A stretch of DNA of 64,000 nucleotides from Rhodothermales bacterium (lineage in GTDB: Bacteria > Bacteroidota > Rhodothermia > Rhodothermales > Bin80): the NCBI GenBank assembly GCA_965207565.1, contig CBDBMQ010000007.1, positions 28,804-92,803 on the forward strand. Reading direction: 5' to 3'. Under the pieces are notes generated by a model. That model ran no database searches, had not been told where the DNA came from, and saw only the letters and a list, made by a program, of their open reading frames with translations. The position numbers and the translations under genes were made by a program. Below, piece after piece: positions 10,682 through 21,548 of the stretch (positions within the stretch are counted from its first letter, which is position 1; every line of letters begins with the position of its first letter).

Positions 10682-11777
10682 TCATTATCATCAAGTGTAC
10701 TTTTCCACAGGTGCACAGGTAGACCGCAGACTCAATATTCCGGGAGAGAATTTACATCGTAGCTACTCGGCTACTGATTTTGTCGCCTGGTATAATGGTC
10801 ATCCAGATTACACGGATCTGCAGTTTGATCTGTCCAGATCTTGCATAGCGGTCGTGGGGGTCGGGAATGTAGCAGTGGATGTTTGTCGAATTCTTTGCCG
10901 CACGGTTGACGAGTTAAAAAAGACAGACATTGCAGATTATGCTCTGGAAGCACTGGCTGAAAGTCAGGTGCGTGAGGTCTACATGCTGGGAAGGCGAGGG
11001 CCTGCACAGGCAGCATTTACCCATCCTGAAGCCAAAGAGCTCGGTGAGTTGCCCGGTGCGGATATCTTTGTCCCGGAAAGAGAAGCGGAGCTGGATCCAG
11101 GATCCGAAGCATGGATGTCCGCCCATGGCAATCGGCTGACTGCCAAGAAAGTCGAACTCATCCAGGGGTTTGCCAAAAAGACAGGAGGAGAGAAACCGCG
11201 TCGCCTGGCTCTACGCTTTTTGGTCTCTCCTGAGGTATTGCATGATGATGGGGCAGGTGGAGTAGGAGGTGTAACACTTCGCAAAAATAGACTGGTTACC
11301 GATGGAGACCGCCTGCGTCCGCAACCGACAGATATTACCGAGGAGTTGCCTGCAGAGGTTGTATTCCGGTCAGTTGGATATCGGGGAGTGCCGCTTCCAG
11401 GACTTCCGTTCAGGGATGATTGGGCAGTGATCCCGAGTAATCAAGGTAGAGTTACTGGGGATGAGATTTCCTGTGGGGTATACGTAGGAGGATGGATCAA
11501 GCGCGGACCCACTGGAGTGATCGGTACGAACAAGCCGGATGCTCAGGAAACCGTTCGGTGCATGTTGGAAGATATGGAAACTGGTCGTTGTTTCAATCCC
11601 GGGCATACAGATCCTGAATCCGTTGATCGTCTGTTGGAGGATCGGTGTGGAAGTGTATTTCGGTGGGATGATTGGGTAGAGCTGGATCGCTTGGAAATGT
11701 CTGCCGGTGATGCACTGGGGCGTCCCCGGGTGAAATTCACATCGACCGAAAGTATGCTGAAGGCGCTTCGGCGTTGA
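10389..11777 (+). CDS. Ferredoxin-NADP+ reductase, adrenodoxin-reductase/FprA type
   Basis: [44 protein letters not shown] and GWIKRGPTGVIGTN motifs. Confidence 0.95.
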   Translation: MATIGSTENPCRIAIIGAGPAGFYAAGHLLKQKTHVVTVDVFDKLPVPYGLVRSGVAPDHQKIKNVTRVYEKTAAQEGFRFFGNVEYGRDIDLEDLSNHYHQVYFSTGAQVDRRLNIPGENLHRSYSATDFVAWYNGHPDYTDLQFDLSRSCIAVVGVGNVAVDVCRILCRTVDELKKTDIADYALEALAESQVREVYMLGRRGPAQAAFTHPEAKELGELPGADIFVPEREAELDPGSEAWMSAHGNRLTAKKVELIQGFAKKTGGEKPRRLALRFLVSPEVLHDDGAGGVGGVTLRKNRLVTDGDRLRPQPTDITEELPAEVVFRSVGYRGVPLPGLPFRDDWAVIPSNQGRVTGDEISCGVYVGGWIKRGPTGVIGTNKPDAQETVRCMLEDMETGRCFNPGHTDPESVDRLLEDRCGSVFRWDDWVELDRLEMSAGDALGRPRVKFTSTESMLKALRR

Positions 11778-11957
11778 TGGAGAGGCTTCCCGGTTATTGG
11801 CTCAGATATTCTGGCTGCTCCGACACATTCAGGAGTACAGATGAGCACAAGAACATGTCCGAAACGCCCCCCGCTTAGTGATAACCTCGCCCGAACAATT
11901 TACGCAGATGCAATTCCTGAAAAGTTCGCGCCACAATCGTAGTGCGGTATTTCTGGA

Positions 11958-13121
11958 TCACTCCTGGATTTCATAGACTACGACCATTGGATCCATGCCG
12001 TCCCCCTGCTGTACGCCGTGGGCGTAGCCGCCTCGAATCACCTCAAGGTCCACGGCAACTGGGAGTGTCGTATGACCGACGGCGTAAGATTCTCGGTTCA
12101 GAATCAACCACTCCGCCTCAATCGCATCTTCGGGACTGCTCAGCTTGATCCACACTCGGCTCATCTCGTCCACCACAAAGGTGTGAAATGCCGGCTTCGT
12201 CTCGTGAGGCTCGCGCGACCCCAATAATTCCCGGTTGAAGGGATCCTCCGGTATCGCTTCAGCCATTTCCGTATCTGTAATTGGCACCGGTTCATGTTCA
12301 TAGCGGATAGTATCACGCATTGATCCGTCAGCAGATACAATGGCTATTTCGATCATGTCATTCCAGCCATAGTAGAGCATATCATCGTGCCCAACTGCTA
12401 GAGCGGGTGATCGGGCAAATGGGACACCAACAAAGCCGACGCGCTCTCCTCCTTCTAGAATGTAAGGAATCACTTCTCCATCCGGTACAATGCCAAGTGG
12501 ATCCGTACTGTAGCTTCCGTCTCGATTGACCTTGATAAGCTCACGGTAACGATCGTTATTGATCGTTATGGGACCGTCGTCGGGCATCAGGAATATGGGC
12601 AGGCCCATCTCCATATACCACCCATTCTCAATCGCATTGATCACGGGATCAATGATTTTCGGTTCTTCTCCCTCTATACGAACGTTGCGCACATAGGAAA
12701 AATTTTCGGGATCATAAATAAGGATCTGGCTCAGCCACGAGTCCCACAGGTATACAGAATCCGTTGCTCCAACGAATGGGCCTTCAACATAATATTGATA
12801 CTCGCCTGGTCCCTGTCCCTGCCCTCCGACCTGGTTCAGGTAGGTGCCGTCTGCCGCAAATGCATGAACCAGTTGGGGCCGCAGCCCTTCCGACACAAGT
12901 AGGGTACCATTCCTATTGACCGCGATTTGTGAAATCGGCCCAAATAGGATTGTGTCACCGGCAGACTCATCACCGATCCGAAGGACCTCTTGCAGCGTAA
13001 CCATGGAGGCTTCGCCTTCTTCCTGTTCTGTGCCTGTATCACGCCCGCACCCAGCCAAGAGGATAACGCAGAAAAGAACTAAGAGAGTAGTGGAAAAGCT
13101 GTTTCGGGGCTGATCTTTCAT
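11958..13121 (-). CDS. 6-bladed beta-propeller lipoprotein (TolB/NHL-like)
   Basis: Lipobox LAG-C, GGQGQGPGEY motif and blade-like repeats (VDEMSRVW). Confidence 0.8.
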   Translation of the reverse strand: MKDQPRNSFSTTLLVLFCVILLAGCGRDTGTEQEEGEASMVTLQEVLRIGDESAGDTILFGPISQIAVNRNGTLLVSEGLRPQLVHAFAADGTYLNQVGGQGQGPGEYQYYVEGPFVGATDSVYLWDSWLSQILIYDPENFSYVRNVRIEGEEPKIIDPVINAIENGWYMEMGLPIFLMPDDGPITINNDRYRELIKVNRDGSYSTDPLGIVPDGEVIPYILEGGERVGFVGVPFARSPALAVGHDDMLYYGWNDMIEIAIVSADGSMRDTIRYEHEPVPITDTEMAEAIPEDPFNRELLGSREPHETKPAFHTFVVDEMSRVWIKLSSPEDAIEAEWLILNRESYAVGHTTLPVAVDLEVIRGGYAHGVQQGDGMDPMVVVYEIQE

Positions 13122-13221
13122 GAGATAGGGAGCTTAGGGTGGGAATTGTCAAATTTGTCACACACGAGGACATCGTTATGGTTTTTCTTCGGGGTGGAAC
13201 CCTTTTTTCATCCGCTAAACT

Positions 13222-14199
13222 TCACAGCTCCTTTTCGATACGTTCATTGAGTCTTGCCAAGGCGATCAAGAGGGTTTCCAGCTCGGCATAATAAGTGTCC
13301 ACCTCCAACTCTCTCTTACGTACTTTGAGTAAGGCAATTTGGCCTTCAAGAGCAGTACGTTCGCTCGCTAAAGCAGGATCGCCCACGAGCATTTGATCAC
13401 GTTTGAGCCAGGTTGCACCTGCCGCAAATCCATCGGTTGATTCATCAAGCATCTCCACGCGTGTCCCTTCACCATCTGCATTGTCATCAAGCAGGCTGTG
13501 TTCGGTGGCCAGATGCCCCTCACGTTCATAATGCCGTGCCGTTTGTTCTGCAGTATACTGAAAAACTTCCCTGAGGGACAGATTCCCATCGCGGTCAAGG
13601 TCCGCAGCCGGTTCAACAAGGGCTTCAACCAGGTATTCTGGAAAGATCGTCTGATTGCGTTGCGTCCCGGTCCGGGTAGCTGTGATCACAACCCTTCCTG
13701 GTGCGCTGAGTGCTTGAATGAATGGGCCACTGGCACTCATGGTACAGATCCAAATGCTACGCTCCACTTGCAATTCGCTCAATAGCGCTGCATAGTCACT
13801 CCCGTTCAGATCCCGTCTAGGGATGTTCAGCGCCGACTGCTCTCCATCGTAGCTTCCATGACCGAACAGCAGGATATAGAGTTCATCTTCGGGGGTCAGG
13901 TCCTTGCTGAGTTCGGCAAACTGTGCACGGATATTCTCAGCGGTTGATTCACCGTGAACATACTCGCTTCCGGCAAGGGCGCGTTCCGCCAGTACTGTCA
14001 CATGTTCACTTGCGAACCCCAATGGACCGATCAAGGCATTGTATGTATTCTCTAGGTGGGAGGCAATCCGGCCGGTTTGTTCGGGAGCGCCCCCCAACCC
14101 CCCAATAATCAATGCGTGCCGCTCTTGCGCATTCGCACCGTTCACAATACAGGCAAGGATCACTCCTAACGTAAACCCTGTCGCCTTCGATATAGCCAT
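13222..14199 (-). CDS. Exported caspase/legumain (C13/C14)-fold protein
   Basis: HALIIGGLGG, LFGHGS, MSASGPF, VVITAT and an EF-like ADLDRDGNLS; signal peptide ending ANA-Q. Confidence 0.75.
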   Translation of the reverse strand: MAISKATGFTLGVILACIVNGANAQERHALIIGGLGGAPEQTGRIASHLENTYNALIGPLGFASEHVTVLAERALAGSEYVHGESTAENIRAQFAELSKDLTPEDELYILLFGHGSYDGEQSALNIPRRDLNGSDYAALLSELQVERSIWICTMSASGPFIQALSAPGRVVITATRTGTQRNQTIFPEYLVEALVEPAADLDRDGNLSLREVFQYTAEQTARHYEREGHLATEHSLLDDNADGEGTRVEMLDESTDGFAAGATWLKRDQMLVGDPALASERTALEGQIALLKVRKRELEVDTYYAELETLLIALARLNERIEKEL

Positions 14200-16418
14200 T
14201 CTCCGCATAAGAGAAGTACAGATAGAAGAAAAAGGAGCGGCATATCCCACAAGTAAGCCGCTTGATACACCGATGTACTGGTTCGGCGGGATCGCAGATT
14301 CATTGGCACCTCAGAAGCTTCTACGGGCTCGTAGTAAACGGTTGCCAACTGCTCCAGGAACTCCTGCTTCATGGTCGCATCATAATACTCAATCGGTTGA
14401 TGACGGACCAGATAGCTCCGCTGATCACGCCCAATCAATTCGTTCTGCTGCATCGCCTCAACCATGACCTCGTAGACTCCCTCCCTTTCGGGTACAAAGC
14501 GTAGTTGGAAGTGTCCCTCGTCAGAAAGTTTTTCACTGGCCGATAGTGATTGGATGGTTCCATCAGGGGTACGGATTGCCGCACGCACCTCTGTACCGCT
14601 CAGCGGGAGGTATGCCTCATCATAGACACGCACTCCCAGTTGATGGACTTCTCCTGGTGGAAGCCGGGTGGTGGAGGTCTCCAGGTCAACCCTCCCAGGG
14701 GCGCTCGCTGCCAGCCAGCGTGCGAATTGTTGCCAGAACCGCTCATGACGCTCGTCCTCTGCCTCAAGCAACATCTGCCAGCGCCAGGTGCTGCTGGTTG
14801 CAAGCGCAGCGGTTCGACCTTTGCCGTATCGCTGAATCGTCAGGAGCGGTTCCTCCGGACCGTACTGATCGTCCGGCTTCACCGCCAGAACCTGTGCACC
14901 GGGCTTGGCTCCGCCCAATAAATTGATGCTGGTAAGTCGGGGCATCCCACGCCAAAGCATCTGGTTGACAGAGGGATCCGGTGAGAGTTTCATAAACGGA
15001 TGCTCAATGCCTTCGGGGGTCGGCGCAAAGACATAGCCACGGTTCTCCGCTTCGCCCTCAAACCGGATCGGGAGAATCTGTGCACGGGTAAAGTCAAGTC
15101 GTACTGGCAGCATATCGGCAACCGGTGTGCCGGCATAGTCGCTCTCCGCAAACGCGTTGCGTCCTCCCAGCATCACGAATCCGCCGCCCCGCACACGAAC
15201 AAATGACTCCATGAGTTGCAGCTGGCTCAAAGAAAATACAGAGGCTTCCACATCCCCTAGAATAATGGCATCAAAGTCGTAGAGGGCCTCTGCTTCCGTA
15301 GGGAATCCTCCAGCCAATTCATCGGGGGATCGAATGCCCTGACGATAATACTTGCCGGTCCCCGTACGCGTGATCGCCGCAAAGCTGATCACCTGATCGG
15401 ATTCCAGCGCGCGTTTAATAAACTTGTAGTCCTGGCGTAAATGCCCCTCAAAATACAACACGCGGAGTGTGTCGGTGCGGGTATCAACTAAAAGAGGTAG
15501 CGAGTTGTTGAGGGTATTGAGTTCGTTGGCCGCGGGTTCGAGTGTAATCCGGTATTCCCGGGCACCACTGCCCGGCGGCTCAAAAAAGAACTTCATTTGG
15601 TCCACCAGACCATCCCCCTTGAGTCGAACAGACTCGGAAAAGACCTCAACACCCTGATCGTAGACCACGATGGTTGCCGGATCAGGCTCCAGGGAAGCGC
15701 TGCGGATCTTCACCTCAAGCTCTGCGCCGGCCTGCTCTCCCAATCCCTTGTGCACAATCACCTCAAGCAACTCCCGCTCGGTGTTAAATGCCGGACTACC
15801 CATACCCAGTACATGGACGCCAATACCCTGATCGCGAAGTGCGCTTGCCTGCTCCAAGGCGTCCAGGCGGCTCGTTGTATTGCCATCTGTCAGGATAACG
15901 ACCCCGGTCAAGGGGAGCCCCCGAAAATCAATGCGTACCCGATCCAGCACCGCGGCAAGGTCTGTTTGGTGAGCAGGAACAGCTTGGTGAATACTGTCCA
16001 CTCTTGTGGCAGTTGATGCAAAGGTGTAAAGCCGAACCTTGAAGAGATCCTCTATACCAGGAATGATTCCTGACTGGGGGTCGGCAAGAAGCTGTCTGGC
16101 CTGCTCAAGCCGGGTCTGTCCTTCTGGTCCATCCGGCAGCAGCATGCTGTCGGAAGCGTCCACAACGACGGCAACGAAATTTTCATCCGGGACAACCTCG
16201 GGCACAATCAGCTGAGGCTCAAAGAGAGGAAAAATTAATAGTAGCGCAGCGATAGACCGCAGTGCGAGACTGGTTCCCCGGACATGCAGGGGCGCCTCAC
16301 TACGCAGGAATGCGAGTCCCAGAACGACCAGGACCGCTACCAGCACCACCACTGCCAGCACATTGACTTGTAGGCTTACCGTCCCTTCAGCAAACTGGAC
16401 CGCATCAAACTTGAACAT
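14166..16418 (-). CDS. Membrane protein with vWA-like and glutamine-amidotransferase-like (DUF1355-type) domains
   Basis: N-terminal TM helices, VVVDASDSM, ILTDG, VRGGGFVMLGG, YGKGR..WRW and a C-terminal TM with EWLYRRRQGL. Confidence 0.82.
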   Translation of the reverse strand: MFKFDAVQFAEGTVSLQVNVLAVVVLVAVLVVLGLAFLRSEAPLHVRGTSLALRSIAALLLIFPLFEPQLIVPEVVPDENFVAVVVDASDSMLLPDGPEGQTRLEQARQLLADPQSGIIPGIEDLFKVRLYTFASTATRVDSIHQAVPAHQTDLAAVLDRVRIDFRGLPLTGVVILTDGNTTSRLDALEQASALRDQGIGVHVLGMGSPAFNTERELLEVIVHKGLGEQAGAELEVKIRSASLEPDPATIVVYDQGVEVFSESVRLKGDGLVDQMKFFFEPPGSGAREYRITLEPAANELNTLNNSLPLLVDTRTDTLRVLYFEGHLRQDYKFIKRALESDQVISFAAITRTGTGKYYRQGIRSPDELAGGFPTEAEALYDFDAIILGDVEASVFSLSQLQLMESFVRVRGGGFVMLGGRNAFAESDYAGTPVADMLPVRLDFTRAQILPIRFEGEAENRGYVFAPTPEGIEHPFMKLSPDPSVNQMLWRGMPRLTSINLLGGAKPGAQVLAVKPDDQYGPEEPLLTIQRYGKGRTAALATSSTWRWQMLLEAEDERHERFWQQFARWLAASAPGRVDLETSTTRLPPGEVHQLGVRVYDEAYLPLSGTEVRAAIRTPDGTIQSLSASEKLSDEGHFQLRFVPEREGVYEVMVEAMQQNELIGRDQRSYLVRHQPIEYYDATMKQEFLEQLATVYYEPVEASEVPMNLRSRRTSTSVYQAAYLWDMPLLFLLSVLLLCGEWLYRRRQGLR

Positions 16419-16423
16419 ACCCC

Positions 16424-19400
16424 CTACTGACTTGGCCGTCTGGAGAGCGATTCATAGTACTTTTCGATCAAACTCTCGTACTCGGCGGGGACCTCTCCGC
16501 GGCGGCTGCCGTACAGCTTGGATTCCAGTTTGACGGTTTCCAATGCTTCCAGCAGTTGCGTCTCGAGTTGGGAAAGCGGTGCATAAATATCGCGATCGAA
16601 GAATGTTTCGGCAGATTCTTCATCCAGCAGCACCCCGGTATGATCTGCGCGTGAGAGTGAGTTTTGGATTCCCGTAGCTGCGCGTTGGCCGTCACGCACG
16701 CCTTCCTGCAGGGTGCGTGCTGCCTCTCTCGCCCGGTTCATTTGGCTTTCCAGTCGTGCCATCTGGGCAGGGGATCCGCCGCCTTCACGCATGCGTTCTG
16801 CCTGCGCTTCAAGGTCCTGCAGTTCGTTTCGAAGCTGTTCAATGTCCTCGAGTGAACGGCTGAGGGTTTCTTCTTCGGTGACCGGTAGAGACTCGCGCAA
16901 CTCACGCTGAATCGCTTTCAAGCCCTCTAGATCCTCTGCAATCTCCTCCTGGATGCGTCGGGCAGTTGACATCCAGCCGTTACGCAGTGCCTGCCCAGAA
17001 TTTTGCATGTCTTCCGGGAGTGCACTGCGATGAAATTCCTGTCTCAGATTGCGTGCAGCCAGTTGCGCTTCAGAGTTGGATGATTCGAGCATTTCTGCCT
17101 GTTCCAGAATATCCTCCAGGTTTTCTGTGGCCTCCATGCGGCGATCCACCAACTGATCCAGATCTTCACCGCTGGGGCGATCCCCTGCTTCAGCCAGATC
17201 TTCGCTCAATACCTGCTCGTTCTCAATGAACGTGCTCAGGTCATCACTCAACTGCTCAAGCGCACGCCGGTCCGTTCCACGGGTTTGTACGCGCAGGGAT
17301 TCCTCCAGGGATTGCAGTGAGTTGGCTGCCTGCTGTTGCCGTCGCGCAGCTTCTTCGGTATCTCCTCTTCGAAGTGCACGTTGCGCTTCTTCCATGTTGC
17401 GCAGGGCCTGGTTCATATCATTCTGGGTCCGCCCGTCCGATTGCTGTCGTTGCAGGCTTTCCAGTGACTGCTGCAGCTCTTCCTGGCTGCGTTGCAGGCG
17501 GTCAACAAAGCGGCGGCGATCCTCTTCGGTTTCAGGGGGGCGCTGCTGCGCAAGCTCCTGTTGCCGCTCGGCCAGATCCCGCACACGTCGCAAGGCATCG
17601 TTTTCCTCGGCACTTGCTGCTGCGGCAGGTGCCGATTGCGGGGATTCATACTTGTCTCTGGTGATGTCCAGCTCCAGGTCCATCAATTCGGACATGCGTT
17701 CTTCAGTTGCGCTGGTACCACCTCCGCCCCTGCCTTGCTGCTGCCGTGCCACTTGCCGCTCGGTATTCAGGGCATCGGCCCGGAGCAGTTGATTCAGTGC
17801 CCGGCGCTCCGGGGTCAAAGCTTCACGAAGGCGCTCAGCAGACAGCTCCTCAATCGCCTCGTCCATTTCCTTGACGGCAGACTGAAGATGCTCGGCGATT
17901 TTCTGCTGCTCGGGACTGCCACGCAGCTCAAGCGAAAAAGCCGTCGTACGCAAGCGTTCCTGAATATTTTCCTGGAGATTGCGCTGCGCCTGGATGAGTG
18001 CTTCCAAAGCCTCCTCAAAGTCTGACGGCTGCTCTCGCAGTAGCCGCCAAGTTGCCGCAATGATATCCTGTTGACTGACCACGAGGCCTCCCTGACGTCC
18101 CTGCATTCCCGCCTGCCCTCCGCCAGCATTGGCCAACTGTGTGAACTGCTGCTCGAACGGCACGATCTCGATAAAGTACATGTCGGAGGCCTCCGAATGA
18201 AGTGCATCCGCGGCCTCAATGTAGTAGGTGATCACGTCTCCGGGTTCCAACGTGTAGTCTTCCAGAAACAGGAGATGTTCTCCGGTCACCTCGGTCCCGC
18301 CTGCATTCTCAAGCAGGTCGATACGGATCTCTTCTTCCCCATTGACCGAGTAGTTCAGGTCAAAAGAGCGAATCCCGTAGTCATCACTGGCATCGGCTGC
18401 AATCAGCACTTCCTGGATCGCATTGGCACGCAGGTCTCGTCCGGGCTCCTGGAGCGTGATATGTGGGCGGGCATCTTCAATCGGTGTGATCAAATAGGCC
18501 CTGGGGAAGCGGTTCGCGCGTGCCCGGTTATCCTCAAGCTGCACGGTATAGCGGTCTTCCTCCAATAGGTCGAGCGTTCCACGGAACTGGCCGGGTTCTA
18601 CCTTGGAGAGGGGAATATCAATCCCGTTTTCGAGTGCCAGTGTCGCCTCCTCGGTCACCTGATTCGTGTACACGGTGACGGTCACACGCGATCCCTTCAG
18701 ACCCTCAATATCCCCGTCATCCTCCTGTGTGCGTACAGGGAGGTTTGCATAATCGGGTGCCTCGTACGTGGCATCAATCTGTGCAACTTCTGGAAAGAGG
18801 TACACCGAAATCGTAAACGGATCCGTACGATAGCGCCCGGATTCAACATAGTACTGTAGATCCTGCTGGATGTCCGCAAGTTCAGCGAGGTGTGCTCCGG
18901 GATCTTTTCCCGGGATCATCGGCTGACGCACCCACTCACCGCTGTGGTCCTGGTGCACAAGAAACACATCATCCCGCCCTTCTGAGCGAAGGGTTGCAAC
19001 GACAGGGACGGTATCTCCCTGATCAACTTCTGTGTCCCCCGGAGAAACGACCAGATAAGGGGTACGCAGACGCAGTTCCGGGGGCGTATCCAGTTGCAGT
19101 CGGTTCAGCTGTGTGAGTCCCCCTACAAGACAGGCGCAGGCAATCGTCAAAGAGGAAGCAATCCACAGACGCGCTCGGAGTTTTCCGAGCATTGAGCGGG
19201 GAACCATAGCACTCACCTGACGCGCAGCATCCTGCAGAAGGGCGGTCATGACACTCTGATCTGCGGTCCCCGGGGCCTGGATGGCACTGTTGAGGCGATC
19301 TTCGAGATCGGGGTGATGCTCCTCGATGAAGAGAGCAATCTGTCCATCGGTGATGCGCTGTGATCGCCGCTGAAGCAACCAGAAAAGTGCCGCCGGAATG

Positions 19401-19588
19401 CAGACCGCCAGCGCCAGCGCCCCCCAAAGCAGGCCTGCTGTGAGATAAGGCTTGAACCATAAGAGGGCAAAAAGAAGCAGACAACCCGTCGCAACACAGG
19501 CTGCGAGATGCTGCCGACGTGTACGCCGGATAAATTGTCTGCGTACGTCTGCGATCAGCGTACGAACGGAACGATTATCCTGGGACAT
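16424..19588 (-). CDS. DUF4175-like large membrane-anchored coiled-coil protein
   Basis: Three TM helices, DLEDRLNSA, Ig-like region with ASDDYG, long Q/E-rich coiled coil and a terminal VPAEYESLIEKYY. Confidence 0.82.
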   Translation of the reverse strand: MSQDNRSVRTLIADVRRQFIRRTRRQHLAACVATGCLLLFALLWFKPYLTAGLLWGALALAVCIPAALFWLLQRRSQRITDGQIALFIEEHHPDLEDRLNSAIQAPGTADQSVMTALLQDAARQVSAMVPRSMLGKLRARLWIASSLTIACACLVGGLTQLNRLQLDTPPELRLRTPYLVVSPGDTEVDQGDTVPVVATLRSEGRDDVFLVHQDHSGEWVRQPMIPGKDPGAHLAELADIQQDLQYYVESGRYRTDPFTISVYLFPEVAQIDATYEAPDYANLPVRTQEDDGDIEGLKGSRVTVTVYTNQVTEEATLALENGIDIPLSKVEPGQFRGTLDLLEEDRYTVQLEDNRARANRFPRAYLITPIEDARPHITLQEPGRDLRANAIQEVLIAADASDDYGIRSFDLNYSVNGEEEIRIDLLENAGGTEVTGEHLLFLEDYTLEPGDVITYYIEAADALHSEASDMYFIEIVPFEQQFTQLANAGGGQAGMQGRQGGLVVSQQDIIAATWRLLREQPSDFEEALEALIQAQRNLQENIQERLRTTAFSLELRGSPEQQKIAEHLQSAVKEMDEAIEELSAERLREALTPERRALNQLLRADALNTERQVARQQQGRGGGGTSATEERMSELMDLELDITRDKYESPQSAPAAAASAEENDALRRVRDLAERQQELAQQRPPETEEDRRRFVDRLQRSQEELQQSLESLQRQQSDGRTQNDMNQALRNMEEAQRALRRGDTEEAARRQQQAANSLQSLEESLRVQTRGTDRRALEQLSDDLSTFIENEQVLSEDLAEAGDRPSGEDLDQLVDRRMEATENLEDILEQAEMLESSNSEAQLAARNLRQEFHRSALPEDMQNSGQALRNGWMSTARRIQEEIAEDLEGLKAIQRELRESLPVTEEETLSRSLEDIEQLRNELQDLEAQAERMREGGGSPAQMARLESQMNRAREAARTLQEGVRDGQRAATGIQNSLSRADHTGVLLDEESAETFFDRDIYAPLSQLETQLLEALETVKLESKLYGSRRGEVPAEYESLIEKYYESLSRRPSQ

Positions 19589-19592
19589 CCGG

Positions 19593-21536
19593 TTATCGCC
19601 GCGAGGCGAGTATGGTTTCGAGTGCAAATATTCCTATCATGATCAATAGCACAATCTTCCAGAGTTTTTGTTCTTGCTCTGCCGCTTCCAGGGGCTGCGG
19701 CGCAAGCACCGGCTGTGTGGACCGGGCTGCAAGGGCTGCATACACTTCTTCAACATCCCGGGCGGAAAGGTTGCTTTCCAGGGAGCTGATATTTACAGAG
19801 AACGATTGTTGATCCCCACCAAATCGGGCGTCATAATGGCCGGGGAGATCTGTATTCTGAAAGATCCCCGCACCAGTAGAGTCCAATATAACACTGAATA
19901 CATCTCCATTTGGATTTGCAATAGTCACCTCATCTGTTGGTAGTCCTCGGAACCCCACGGCATCCCCCACATGAAATGCCCGGTCTGTATCAGACCCCGG
20001 GCCCGCGTACTGGGCAATCTCGTACAGAAGTGGTAGATAGACTTCGCTCAGGGCGAGATCATTCCAGGTGGTCCCCAGGCTGGAAGTAAAGACGAGCACA
20101 CGTCCGCGTCCCAAAGGGCGTTCAATCAGGAGGGGGTCTCCTGTATCAAAGGTTGCAAGTACATGTGCAGAAGAGTCTGGAATTACCTGCACATAGCGCC
20201 GGAATTGGGGGCGAAGGACCGATCCTGCACTGTGCTGGGTCAGAGGTGCAAAGATGGGGTGTTGGTCATCAATCTCCGCGATAATTGCATCGGTGCCCTG
20301 ATGGTCACGAGCACGTACCGTAGTTGCAATCACTCCTGCACCCAGGAGAGAGGTTTGTGAAAGTCCACCTTCCTCAAAAGCCAGAAGGACTGTCCCCCCG
20401 CGACGGGCAAAGTTTTCTATGGTGGTCCAGTCGGGGGCGGAGGTCGTGTTGGCAGTTGTGACGATCAACAGGTCCACAGCATTCAATCGGACGGGGCGGG
20501 GGCTCGCATCAAATCTGTACCTGCTTGCATCCTGCAGGTCAAAGGCACTTTCGAGAAAGAATGCATTGCGCATGCCCAGGCTGCCGTCAACGGCAAAGAT
20601 TCCCGATCGTGGCCGGACCGTATAGGTGAAGTAATAGTGGTCATCGGCACCGGGGACGGGATCATTGACCTGTAGATTGCCTTGATAGAGGCCAGGCCGC
20701 TCCATCAATTGCTGAAAGGCCAGGGTGCGCCCTGTAGCCTCATCCACCTCTTCTGAATCCATACGGAGTGTCACGGCGGCGGCGGTTGGGATCCGGGCAT
20801 CAAACTGCACAGAAACCAGGGTTCCACGGCGCTCCTGGGTGAGTTCAACATCTTCGAAAAACTGGTTCTCCGAGGAGCCGTCTCCCACCTTGACAGGTTC
20901 GACGGTGATATCATCCGGCAACTGCAGGTTTTCCAGGATCGGGCGGAAAGCCGACTGCTGAAAATCGGAGATGAGCACGATCCGGCGCTGTTCAAATCGA
21001 GCATCCTGAAGAATTTCTGCGCCGAGTTGCATGGCAGGGTAGAGGTCGGTGGTCCGGTAGTCGGGGGATTGTGCAGCAAGCGCGGCTTCGTGCACAGAGA
21101 GATCATTGTTAAGTGGGGTCAGCTGCTCTGCAGCATCACTGAAGCGAACCAGGGCCCACTCATTGCCTGTTTCCAGGTGTATACGGGCCTGTTCGATGCC
21201 CTCTTCAAACCGCATGTTGTATTGCATGCTGTAGGATCCATCCAGAAGGATGACCACGGACTCCTGCCCAGCTTCCGGGAGGAAGGGTAAGTCTTCGGGT
21301 GGAATGAATGGACGTGCGAAGAGCAGTGCCAGAAGCATCAGTATTCCGGCCCGGAGCAGCATCAGAAGGATATCCTGCAGCTGTCGCCGACGAACCCTCT
21401 GAATCGGGGTTGCCTCCAGAAACATGTGCGTACTGAACGGCACTTCACGGGCCTTGAGCCTTCTCACCAGGTGCAGCAGTACCGGGATCAGTGCGGTGAG
21501 TCCTGCAGCCAGAAAAAGGGGAGTGATGAAGGACAC
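19593..21536 (-). CDS. BatA N-terminal double-TM / vWA domain protein
   Basis: MSFITPLFL..IPVLLHL, LLFARP, MIDAS DGSYSM and LISDFQ. Confidence 0.88.
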   Translation of the reverse strand: MSFITPLFLAAGLTALIPVLLHLVRRLKAREVPFSTHMFLEATPIQRVRRRQLQDILLMLLRAGILMLLALLFARPFIPPEDLPFLPEAGQESVVILLDGSYSMQYNMRFEEGIEQARIHLETGNEWALVRFSDAAEQLTPLNNDLSVHEAALAAQSPDYRTTDLYPAMQLGAEILQDARFEQRRIVLISDFQQSAFRPILENLQLPDDITVEPVKVGDGSSENQFFEDVELTQERRGTLVSVQFDARIPTAAAVTLRMDSEEVDEATGRTLAFQQLMERPGLYQGNLQVNDPVPGADDHYYFTYTVRPRSGIFAVDGSLGMRNAFFLESAFDLQDASRYRFDASPRPVRLNAVDLLIVTTANTTSAPDWTTIENFARRGGTVLLAFEEGGLSQTSLLGAGVIATTVRARDHQGTDAIIAEIDDQHPIFAPLTQHSAGSVLRPQFRRYVQVIPDSSAHVLATFDTGDPLLIERPLGRGRVLVFTSSLGTTWNDLALSEVYLPLLYEIAQYAGPGSDTDRAFHVGDAVGFRGLPTDEVTIANPNGDVFSVILDSTGAGIFQNTDLPGHYDARFGGDQQSFSVNISSLESNLSARDVEEVYAALAARSTQPVLAPQPLEAAEQEQKLWKIVLLIMIGIFALETILASRR

Positions 21537-21548
21537 GGCGACGTCGGG

